NCBI GenBank assembly: GCA_046563655.1
Contig: CM102285.1
Coordinates: 2,294,001-2,358,000, forward strand
Reading direction: 5' to 3'
Length of the DNA: 64,000 nucleotides
Source: Yuukianura sp. NJ FZ-2021
Taxonomy: Eukaryota
This document shows, piece after piece, positions 1 through 8,558 of the stretch (positions are counted from its first letter, which is position 1; each line of letters opens with the position of its first letter). The position numbers were made by a program, and so were the translations under genes. The notes below the pieces were generated by a model. The model had not been told where the DNA came from. It made no database searches and saw only the letters and a program-made list of their open reading frames with translations.

Positions 1-301
1 GTGAGAAGCCCGCAAAAATCCATTGAGCAGCAATTTCTTTAATCAGTGCCTTGCCCTCCAATCCAACATTAAAATTCAAATAGTATTCTTGTACTCCTTT
101 ACTTGACTCCTTTGGTTTCCTGTTCAAGTGAGCCATCAGCGGCGAGCTTGAAGTAGACTTTGAAAACGAAATCTTCAATCGATGAGTTGAATCTGTTTTC
201 AAAATGTTGACATCAGGGTCACCAGTCACCACTTCTCCATAAGATGCAGTTGGTTGTTCCCCCTCAGCAGTTGGTGTCTCAGGAATAGTTGAAGAATCCA
301 T
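1..301 (-). CDS. Polinton hypothetical protein, 3'-truncated by the window edge (not in the ORF track)
   Basis: Manual translation from the ATG at 301 stays open to base 1: MDSSTIPETPTAEGEQPTASYGEVVTGDPDVNILKTDSTHRLKISFSKSTSSSPLMAHLNRKPKESSKGVQEYYLNFNVGLEGKALIKEIAAQWIFAGFS... There is a TATATAAA box ~50 nt upstream on the minus strand, and clear similarity to the C-terminus of the 573 ORF. Confidence 0.75.
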   Translation of the reverse strand, partial: MDSSTIPETPTAEGEQPTASYGEVVTGDPDVNILKTDSTHRLKISFSKSTSSSPLMAHLNRKPKESSKGVQEYYLNFNVGLEGKALIKEIAAQWIFAGFS

Positions 302-572
302 TTTTTTTGTTTTCGAAAAGATGTGATAAAGTTGTCATTTTTTGTTCCACTTTATATACCAAAAATTACATGACTTGGAAACATTAACAAGAGTTGTTAA
401 TTTGTTCGTAATTACTCTAATTAAGAGTATCAATGTTATTAGTTAAATGGAAACTAATTACCCTCATTAACCTTGACACTTTTTTCAAACTCAGAAACAT
501 CATTTTTGAAAACCAAATATAAACCTTTCAAAATTGAAATTGGTTATAACATTTTTTTCCAAAAGTTGAGCA
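302..572. promoter_or_regulatory. Putative bidirectional promoter between two divergent Polinton genes
   Basis: AT-rich intergenic gap with TATATAAA on the minus strand (~351-358) and TATAAA on the plus strand (~518-523), each ~50 nt upstream of its ATG. Confidence 0.5.
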
Positions 573-1681
573 ATGACAGAAGCAAGCATTGTAACAGAAA
601 TTAACTCTCAATTCCAAAATGGAACTGAGAGGCCAAGAACTTGTCCAGGTTTCAAACTTTTTAAAAAAAGGAGTAACAAGTCGGAAAAATTTCCAGTTTT
701 GTTTCGAGATTTTGGTTTAAACAAGTTACCATTTACTAAACTTTGTAACCATAATCCGTGTGAGCCACAAGCAGAATACGAATATTACTTAACTAAACTC
801 GTAGCAAATGAGTTTTTGAATGGAAGCCAGTGGGAAAGTCTTCGACCAATGACTTGGAGGGAATTTTACAGTGGTGTAACTGGTCCTCCAACTCCAGTTT
901 TTGCAGAGCTTAGTGAAATTGATTGGGATCATTGCCATGGTTTTTTATTAGACAAGGGACCATTGGCTTTGTCTGAAGGTCAAAGTGCTACAAACATGTA
1001 TCCTGGTGTAAATTGGATCCCCACGAATAACGTACCATATACAAAGGCGTGTCCCCACGGTGGTCACTGCGATAAAAGCGTAGTGGCCAAATTCTCAATA
1101 ATTCGCGCCTATGCATGCGGAGTTTTGCCTGGCTTCGACCCTGATACGGTGAGTGCATTGGGTCCTCTGGAGACAATTCAAGAAACTGCAAGTACTAGCT
1201 ATCTGAACCAAGTCACAGATGGTGGCATTGGATTGAGAACAGCAATAATAAACTTGCTGAATGAGACGGATACTCCAGAATCACCAAAGTGGCATCCCTC
1301 AAGTCTTGTAATTGCTGATCCAAATTTGGAACCCTTTGCCTTTCGTACATTGGTTTGGACACAGCAAAGCACTTGGAATGGTACTGAAAGTACAATGGTA
1401 CACATGGAAAGAAAGCCAAGAGTTTCAACAAGGCCAGACACAAAGGAAATGTACCTCAACTTTAGTTTACACGAAAGTCCTGGTGTAATTTCAGAATTGG
1501 TTCGACATTGTATTCTCGGAGGTTTAGACGATGAATTGAAACCAGTTTTTGGTATCCTCAAGGAAAAGTTTCAACGGAGGTAAGTTTTTTTTACAACTTT
1601 TTTTTTCTGGATTTTTCAATTTTTTTTTTTTGCAGATCCGGGGGAGGGAGGGGGAGACGCCGCGCCGCCGCCCCCATATGA
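573..1681 (+). CDS. Polinton hypothetical protein (~350 aa), probably two exons: 573-1579 and 1636-1681
   Basis: 336-aa ORF in the track. Its stop overlaps a GTAAGT donor at 1580, followed by a T-rich tract and TTGCAG acceptor ending at 1635. Splicing adds SGGGRGRRRAAAPI* in frame. No recognisable domain. Confidence 0.7.
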
Positions 1682-1785
1682 AGCCTATGGCTTCATAACA
1701 TATGCGAATAACGCATAGGATATGCCCTTTGGGCATAAAATATGCCCCTATGGGGCATAAGGAGCCTTATGCGAATAACGCATAG
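1677..1785. repeat. Tandem array of short perfect palindromes/hairpins bounded by TATG...CATA
   Basis: tatgaagcc-tat-ggcttcata (1677-1697), tatgcg-aataa-cgcata (1701-1717), tatgccc-ttt-gggcata (1721-1737), tatgcccc-tat-ggggcata (1741-1759), tatgcg-aataa-cgcata (1768-1784), plus an overlapping gcataagg-ag-ccttatgc (1755-1772). Confidence 0.92.
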
Positions 1786-1841
1786 AAATTGAATAAAATG
1801 AGAGTCATGGGCGGAAATGTAGTGTAGTTTTGTTTTTGACT

Positions 1842-2486
1842 ATGGAGTGTCCAGACTTTGATTTTCGTCTTTTAACACCATTTTGTATGACAATTTCTGG
1901 TCCATCTCAATCTGGAAAGTCTACAATTTGTAAACAAATTTTGAAGAGAAGGCATGAGTTGCTAGATTGTTGCATAGATGAAGTTTTATATTGTTATTCA
2001 GAATTTCAATCAGAATTATTTGATGAATTGAAAAATGAAATTCCAACGATTAAATTTCATTATGGTTTACCAGAAGATTTTGGATGTGGTCAACCTCAAA
2101 TTGTGGTAATTGATGATTTAATGCAAGAAGTTTGTGCTAGAAAATCAATTTCATCACTTTTTACTAGATTATCACATCATAGATTAATTAGTGTTATTTA
2201 TTTGACACAAAATTTTTTTGAAAAGGCACAAAAGATTTTAACTAGAAACTGTAACTATATCATTTTTACAAAAAATCCTAGAGATGTTTCTCAAGTATTA
2301 AATTTTGGTAGACAGTTGACTAGAAATGGAAAACAAAATGAAAGTTTAGTATCATGTTACAATGATATTATGAACAAACCATATAGTCATATATTTATTG
2401 ACTTGCACATGCGCCAAAATGAAAAGTTTAGAATCCGTGATTCTGTTTTTCCTGAAAATTGTACAGTATATAAGTGTTGTGATTAG
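1842..2486 (+). CDS. A32/FtsK-HerA family genome-packaging ATPase (Polinton type)
   Basis: Walker A GPSQSGKST, Walker B IVVIDDLM, and downstream SHH / LTQNFF / RNCNYIIF motifs typical of Polinton ATPases. First ATG at 1842. Confidence 0.9.
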   Translation: MECPDFDFRLLTPFCMTISGPSQSGKSTICKQILKRRHELLDCCIDEVLYCYSEFQSELFDELKNEIPTIKFHYGLPEDFGCGQPQIVVIDDLMQEVCARKSISSLFTRLSHHRLISVIYLTQNFFEKAQKILTRNCNYIIFTKNPRDVSQVLNFGRQLTRNGKQNESLVSCYNDIMNKPYSHIFIDLHMRQNEKFRIRDSVFPENCTVYKCCD

Positions 2487-2503
2487 TAAAATTAGTTTGA
2501 ACA

Positions 2504-3370
2504 ATGGAGACGAGTAATAAACTTTGTCAGAATTGGATGAAAAATTTAAATTCCAATTTATTAATTAATCACATTTCAATTCCTGGAACACACAACAGTG
2601 GAGCTTTTACTAATGTTTTACCAATTTTGAACTTGTACTCTAAATGTAATTCAATGGATATAAAAAATCAATTACTATCCGGCATTCGTTTTTTTGATTT
2701 GAGGTTAAAATTAGTAAACAAACTAAAAGTGTTTCATGGTTGCATAGATATGGATTTGGATGCTAAATGTGTCTTTTCTGAAATGATTTCATTTTTAACA
2801 AAGTTTCCATCTGAATTTTTAATTGTCAAAGTAAAAGATGAATCAAAAACGTGTGAGCGGCGTTTTTGTATAGCTTTCAAATCTTTAATGAATGAATTTG
2901 GTTTGACAAATTTTTACAAGTTTGATTCTATCATACCAAATGTTGAATGTGTCAGAGGGAAAATTTTATTATTTGATGCATTTTCACCTAATCGAAACGA
3001 ATTTGGATTTGACTATGTGAATGAAAAGTTTTTTAACATTCAAAACTTTCACTGTTTATCTTGTCAAAGAGATTGTAACGAAAAGTTGAAGAAAATTACA
3101 CAATACTTGAATTTTGGAAAAAGTGACAAGTTTTTAATCAATGTTTTATCTGGCCATGGTTTAAAATTTCCTCCAAAATATATTGCTCAAGGAAATGCTT
3201 CATTTTCAAGTTGGGAACAAATTTTTAACATTTTTTGTCAAGATTTTATTGGAACAAATCAATTTACATTGGACTATATTACAAATCATAATTTGAATTT
3301 TATTGGTATAATATGTACAGATTTTCCAAACTCAATGTTAATTGATAAAATTATTAGTTGTAACTTTTAA
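2504..3370 (+). CDS. Phosphatidylinositol-specific phospholipase C (PI-PLC X domain, bacterial/fungal 1-phosphatidylinositol phosphodiesterase type)
   Basis: Motifs NWM...ISIPGTHNSG, QLLSGIRFFDLR, VFHG and C-terminal GIICTDFP match the single-domain PI-PLC TIM-barrel family. Intronless, 288 aa, no obvious signal peptide. Confidence 0.88.
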   Translation: METSNKLCQNWMKNLNSNLLINHISIPGTHNSGAFTNVLPILNLYSKCNSMDIKNQLLSGIRFFDLRLKLVNKLKVFHGCIDMDLDAKCVFSEMISFLTKFPSEFLIVKVKDESKTCERRFCIAFKSLMNEFGLTNFYKFDSIIPNVECVRGKILLFDAFSPNRNEFGFDYVNEKFFNIQNFHCLSCQRDCNEKLKKITQYLNFGKSDKFLINVLSGHGLKFPPKYIAQGNASFSSWEQIFNIFCQDFIGTNQFTLDYITNHNLNFIGIICTDFPNSMLIDKIISCNF

Positions 3371-6300
3371 GAATAATACAGTTTTATGTCTTTGTGATTG
3401 TAAGCTAGAGTTGTAATGTTATCTGGTAAAATAAAACGTTTTAAATCAAAACCGTTTATTCCCCTTCTAGATTGTTCTACGGTATATAGTTTATGATCAA
3501 AACTTCTAATTGATTTACTTTGAATAGTAGTAGAATGTCTACTTCCTTCCTCAAGTGCTTGAACATAATCCTCGAAATGGACTTGATTTTTAATTGATCG
3601 TTTAGGAATGCCTTTTGCAACCTTTTTGTCTGTCGTACTGTTTTCAATTCCAGTTTTGATGGAACGAATAATGTACATTTTTGGTTTCATAACTACCATA
3701 TGCGTAATAATTGAATTTGGAAGTTCGTCTTTTAAACATCCTAAAATATTTTTGTTTGTTGCACTGTAATATTGCCCAAAAAATGGATCGGATTGATCAT
3801 ATTTACTTAAATCAAAAACTGTACCTTCATGATCTTTCAAGTCTTGGTAAATATTTTCAGTTTCGACAAAAATGGCAAAGGAGTCAGTGTCACTGTAAAC
3901 GTTGGAAATTTTTTCATTGTACATTGGTTTCAATTTCTCAAAATACAATTTTGACATGTGAGCTTTAGACAACTCAAGACAACAGGCTCCAACAGCGATT
4001 GGTCTATCTAAAACTACTTCCAATTTTTTTAACACCAACAAAACCATGTGCGAATTGATAATTTTGACATGATTTACAGTAGGTTTTTTATTAAACCTTA
4101 AGGCTCGTTCCCTACTGTTTATGACGCGAATATTTACGCGCATTCGTTTGTTTTCTATAAATTTTCCAAAAACACTATTTGACGCCAACTTCCAAAAGGA
4201 AGATTCAATTTCGCTTGTGGCATTTGATCGTTTCAAAGTATTTAAATCAATTAATGGTTTTAACCAAGCTGATTGATAATACTTTACAGCTCTGTGAACT
4301 TTAGTTATTTGACAGCCAAGTTTTAACCACTGTTTTAAAGTTCTATATTCGCACTTGTAATTTTCTCGGTCGTAAAAATCTGTAATGAGCCTTTCACTTT
4401 TAAATGTTGTATCACCTAAACCAATGTCTTCAGCCAAGTCTGTCATTTCAAATGACACTTCATCAATCTTAACTCTTCGCTTGTATGGCATTGGTGGAAA
4501 CTGATTCAATTTGTCATGAAGATTTGTTGGTATTGTAACGTCAACTTCTGCATAATATCCAACATTTGCTTCATCTGGAATGTTTTCAAAAAATTCTTTT
4601 GGTTGCAATCTCATGGAATCCAATTCTACGTCATTTGCCCACATGTAATTTTTATGTGGGAGTTTACCAGAAAGACAGAAACCATACAAATTTGTGCAAT
4701 CTAACATTATACAAAATGTAGATGGTTTGGTCGGATCGTATGTTGGTAAAAGGAAATTATTTGGTTTACATGCCCTTAAATCTCCAACGCTAACAAAACC
4801 ACCTCTGATAGAACTTTCAAAAAAATTGTAAATTGATGGGTCTTGAATGTTTTCCAATTTCACTTTTGTGATTTTCAATGCAGCATCCATTGAAAGCATT
4901 GGTAGGCTAAAATAGTGAGCCATGTCTAACCCATAAGTTTCATAAACCAAATTTCGTACTTCCAGATAATAATCTGCAAGTATTGTAACATCACAGAGAC
5001 AATACAACAAGGTATAGTCACCTAGTGATTGAAGTCCAAAATTTTCAAAAACAGTTTTGGCATGTTCGTAATCTTCAATGGAAATATTTTCATTTGTTAA
5101 ATCGTTTTTAAAACATTCAATTCCTGGAAGTGATGTTTCGTTAAATTTTTCTACACAATCAATGTAGTTGTAGCAAAAAACTCCTTTCCTTAGTAATAAG
5201 TTTACATTTGAGCCATGACGCTCAAACACTTTTTTTGTAATTTTGAAATCTGTTTCCGGATTCATAACATTTGCAATCGTTTCTAAGCTCGTATTAAAAA
5301 ATGCAAAAGTGTCGAGAAATTTCAATGTTTGTCCACTGCGTGTTTCAATGATAATGGCAGAAAATTTTTCAGTTGAAGATGAAGCGATAACTTCAACATT
5401 TTTTACCAAATCGTTGTCATTTGCACCTTCAAGAATAAGTTTTCCATCATAGTTTTTTAAATTGTGAAAGAAAATTGTAAGCAAGTTTTTTGATTGCTGA
5501 GCTTGAAGGTTACATTGAGCATGCGCAAAACCTTCAAATCGGAATGACTCATGGCAATGGTGGGCGTGAATTCTTTCAGTTTGTGAGAATCCATTTCCGC
5601 AGAAAAAACAAAGTTGGCTACGACGAAAATTCGGGTCATTGATTTGGTTTTGTTGTTCCGGTGTCAGGATCATAATTTGTCTTGCCATTTCTTCATTTTC
5701 CTCTCTCCGAGCGGATTTTTGTTCAGCCAGTGCACACATTTCCTCTAGAAATTTTTTTGCAACGTTTTCATCATTGGATTTACCAAAATACGTACTCTGT
5801 TCCACAACTTCGTGGTTAGAATTAACACAGATCCAAGCGAAAGCACCGGGTGAGTGTTGGTTTAGAAGCCTCGAGCCACAAATAATTTTAAATTCTTGGA
5901 GTATTTTCAAAACTGACTCAAAGTCTGCGAAAACTAGGTTTGCAATACGAATTGTACGCTTGAACTGATTAAACTTGAGGAATTTTTCTTTTGGAAAACG
6001 AGTTTTTTGTAGTCCAAGTTGAGAACAACATTTTCTATGTTCTTCGTAACAGCGTCCAGATTTAAAAGCTTGGAGACAAAATCTACAAACGTCCTTCCCA
6101 CTGCTGTTTCCCCAGGTCTTGAACAAGAGACTGAAAAGTTTTTTTATGTAGAGAAAGTGACAATGTTCAGTAGTGATGTACATAAGCAAATCAATTTGAT
6201 GTTGACGTTCCTCTTTGCATGTGTGCAGAATGAAGCATTTTTCGCGCACGTCATTCAAAAGTTTTTTCCTGCGGTAATGAACACTTTCTTGAACTTCCGA

Positions 6301-7347
6301 ATTTTCATCTGAATTTTCCCCTCGAATTGAATCAAGAAGCTCATCAATGGTTTCATCGACGGATGTTCGCTGAGTTGGAGTGAAATCTTCAGTTAGATTA
6401 CGATCCATGTCGAAGCCAATGATGCACAATCCTATTGTAGGATTTTGTTTTTCAAATTTTTTTATTTGATCAATTGAAAATGGAAATGTTATACCACGCC
6501 AGTTGACTATTGTTTCCCCTGACTCTTGATTCAAACGAAAAAGATTGTCGTAGTACCTTTTCGACTTCAACATGACACTAATCCATTGTCGAGATACATT
6601 TGGAAGGTCAGCGCGTAGACTATGATGAACATGAACAGCTCTCTTAAAACACAAGTTATCATCACTAGGGACATTAATCAGACAATTAATTTTTCGTTTT
6701 AAAATGTCCGGCAGAGGAATGCTTTGACCAGCACAAAACTGAACATTTTCACAAATTGTTATGAAAAATGTTATTACACTTTTAAAGTTGAGATTTGAAG
6801 CCAAAGAAACAAAGTTTTCAATTCGTTCCTTAAAGTACAAAAGAGACTTGCGAATAACAAAACTGATGTCCAAATCGTTGTTGACACCAAAAAGGAAAGT
6901 AGTGAAGATGGGATTTGATTGTCTCAACCTCCCATCGCTTTCGATTTTTTCAAAATGCATCGTTCCGCTGAACTGTATCTTAAAGTTTTTGAACTTGGCC
7001 AGCATGTCACGCATCAAAGTGATGAAAGAAGAGCGTTGTCGCTTAAAAATTTCATCGATGGTATAAACTTGATCATGCTCAAGTTGAACTTGAAATTCTT
7101 GATACGTATCGTTTAGGCTTTCACCAGACAAAACAATTGGTAAAGGATTTTGAGTTTCGCTGCGTTGAGAGCCGCAACCATGTTGATTAGTGGTGTTGGA
7201 ATGTGCTGTGCGTAAGTGATCTTGAAAGTCAATCACACGGTTGAATTTTTGATTACATTGAACACAATGCCTCAATCGAATTGCTTCAATGGTAATCCCA
7301 TCATCAGACTCTTCTGATGAACTGTACTCAACCAACCTTGTAGCCAT
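3367..7347 (-). CDS. Protein-primed family B DNA polymerase (pPolB) with N-terminal C2H2 zinc finger, OTU-like region and inserted endonuclease VII-like domain
   Basis: Exonuclease motifs ADFES and FHNLKNYD. Polymerase motifs LDCTNLYG, KLASNSVFGK, YSDTDS, KMY and AKGI. CVQC...H...H finger at the N-terminus. CFFC...HHCH...FEGFAHAQCNL EndoVII-like insert. Uninterrupted 1326-aa ORF. Confidence 0.95.
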   Translation of the reverse strand: MATRLVEYSSSEESDDGITIEAIRLRHCVQCNQKFNRVIDFQDHLRTAHSNTTNQHGCGSQRSETQNPLPIVLSGESLNDTYQEFQVQLEHDQVYTIDEIFKRQRSSFITLMRDMLAKFKNFKIQFSGTMHFEKIESDGRLRQSNPIFTTFLFGVNNDLDISFVIRKSLLYFKERIENFVSLASNLNFKSVITFFITICENVQFCAGQSIPLPDILKRKINCLINVPSDDNLCFKRAVHVHHSLRADLPNVSRQWISVMLKSKRYYDNLFRLNQESGETIVNWRGITFPFSIDQIKKFEKQNPTIGLCIIGFDMDRNLTEDFTPTQRTSVDETIDELLDSIRGENSDENSEVQESVHYRRKKLLNDVREKCFILHTCKEERQHQIDLLMYITTEHCHFLYIKKLFSLLFKTWGNSSGKDVCRFCLQAFKSGRCYEEHRKCCSQLGLQKTRFPKEKFLKFNQFKRTIRIANLVFADFESVLKILQEFKIICGSRLLNQHSPGAFAWICVNSNHEVVEQSTYFGKSNDENVAKKFLEEMCALAEQKSARREENEEMARQIMILTPEQQNQINDPNFRRSQLCFFCGNGFSQTERIHAHHCHESFRFEGFAHAQCNLQAQQSKNLLTIFFHNLKNYDGKLILEGANDNDLVKNVEVIASSSTEKFSAIIIETRSGQTLKFLDTFAFFNTSLETIANVMNPETDFKITKKVFERHGSNVNLLLRKGVFCYNYIDCVEKFNETSLPGIECFKNDLTNENISIEDYEHAKTVFENFGLQSLGDYTLLYCLCDVTILADYYLEVRNLVYETYGLDMAHYFSLPMLSMDAALKITKVKLENIQDPSIYNFFESSIRGGFVSVGDLRACKPNNFLLPTYDPTKPSTFCIMLDCTNLYGFCLSGKLPHKNYMWANDVELDSMRLQPKEFFENIPDEANVGYYAEVDVTIPTNLHDKLNQFPPMPYKRRVKIDEVSFEMTDLAEDIGLGDTTFKSERLITDFYDRENYKCEYRTLKQWLKLGCQITKVHRAVKYYQSAWLKPLIDLNTLKRSNATSEIESSFWKLASNSVFGKFIENKRMRVNIRVINSRERALRFNKKPTVNHVKIINSHMVLLVLKKLEVVLDRPIAVGACCLELSKAHMSKLYFEKLKPMYNEKISNVYSDTDSFAIFVETENIYQDLKDHEGTVFDLSKYDQSDPFFGQYYSATNKNILGCLKDELPNSIITHMVVMKPKMYIIRSIKTGIENSTTDKKVAKGIPKRSIKNQVHFEDYVQALEEGSRHSTTIQSKSIRSFDHKLYTVEQSRRGINGFDLKRFILPDNITTLAYNHKDIKLYYS

Positions 7348-7899
7348 TTTAAATTTTTTCTTTTTTGTAACTAAAGTTTCCTAAACGCTGTTGGGTTTTA
7401 TTGATGTTGAAAATGAACTAATTGAAAATTAATGATGTAAGAAGTTGGTTGATATTGTAGAAACTTATCAGTAAATGAGTTTCATGTCAGTTAAGTGAAA
7501 ATTAATTACTCTCCAAAAGTGATCTGGAGTATCTTTATTCAGAAATAAGTTGTTTTTACGAGCATTGTTAGGATAATCTGGAAAATGTTTTCTTAATTGG
7601 ATGCCCAAATCTCGAATTATGTTCATTCTAAGTTGATTGCTCGAAACTGGGTCATAGTGTATCCCAAAGAATTAAGAAAGAAGAAAGTATTAGTTTGCTG
7701 GAACTTTGGTTTTTCTTTTTGGATAAGAGATGTATATTCTGGAGGATACGAATGCGGAACAACCATTTTTGGAAATCTGTTTTGAACTGGGCATTACTCA
7801 AAAGACGACTTTCTACTAAAGTGGCTAAATGGCATTTTAATGTTATTAGATCATTAACGTGCATTAATTACGTAATTTTGCTGCCAAATGGTCTAGTTG

Positions 7900-8009
7900 G
7901 TTAGAAAAGGTGTTGAAAAGTGGTCTTGCGTACTTTTAGAGGTATTGACAAGTGCTCAAGTCTGTTTACATAGGGTGGGATTTACAAATGCTGCACTATC
8001 CTTACTACT
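7900..8009. repeat. Candidate right terminal inverted repeat end of the Polinton (inner boundary unknown)
   Basis: Reverse complement from 8009 begins AGTAGTAAGG. The following 6 bp (ATTGTC, 8010-8015) would be the target-site duplication. The partner TIR is outside the window, so this is unverified. Confidence 0.45.
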
Positions 8010-8558
8010 ATTGTCTTATTTGCGAGAAAATAGGACTTTAAATTTTACTTTACTAGTACTTTAATAGTATTTTAATAGTACTTTCATAGTACCTTCTAAA
8101 TTGGTGTAAAACGTGATTGCTACACCAGTTCTAAATAATTTTACATTTTATGTAATTTAAATCAAACAAAACACTTTGAGATATTTAAGCTTCACGTTGC
8201 TGAATCATAATTATGATTTTGAGTTGCTTTTGCAACGCACCCGCGACAGATTTGTGTTTCAAAAAATTTGAAAATTTGAAGAAAAAAAAACAAAAAGAGT
8301 TATCGTATAACCTGTTACGAAAAAACAAGCAAAATTTCGATAAGCTATCTTGGGGGCTTCTTACTGTAATTGTGATCGTAAATATGAATACTATTCGTCA
8401 AAGAAATCTATCGGTTGCCTGTTTGACAGCATGCGCTGTGTACAGTAATTCAAACATATTAAACAACAGAAATAAACCAAATACACTGTAGGAATCAAAT
8501 ACAAAACTTGTAACTGGAAGAGAATTGAGTAAATTCTTATCATAGCTGTAAGAGTCGG

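Larger units (their letters stand above)
1..8009. mobile_element. Polinton/Maverick (adintovirus-like) endogenous dsDNA virus, right-hand part; left part lies outside the window
   Basis: Dense, nearly intronless gene block with a protein-primed PolB and an A32-like packaging ATPase, both Polinton hallmark genes. Candidate terminus ...CTTACTACT at 8001-8009 (Polinton ends are typically AGTAGT...ACTACT). Sequence resembling the paralogous F-box 3' flank (11680-11740) starts at ~8100. Integrase, capsid and protease genes are not seen in this window. Confidence 0.88.

Noticed and set aside
1677-1785. Hairpin array as a mini-CRISPR or tRNA cluster
   Set aside because: Only 3-8 nt separate the stems, there are no spacer-length unique segments, and no cloverleaf or A/B boxes.
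3711-7116. Short plus-strand ORFs overlapping PolB
   Set aside because: Antisense shadows of the long PolB ORF with no motifs.
7597-7904. Small ORFs between PolB and the putative terminus
   Set aside because: 60-70 aa, overlapping in conflicting frames, with no recognisable motif.
1-8009. Bacterial/phage contamination suggested by dense intronless ORFs and a bacterial-like PLC
   Set aside because: PolB and ATPase are of the eukaryotic Polinton type, TATA boxes and a spliceosomal intron are present, and the block is contiguous with intron-containing animal genes.
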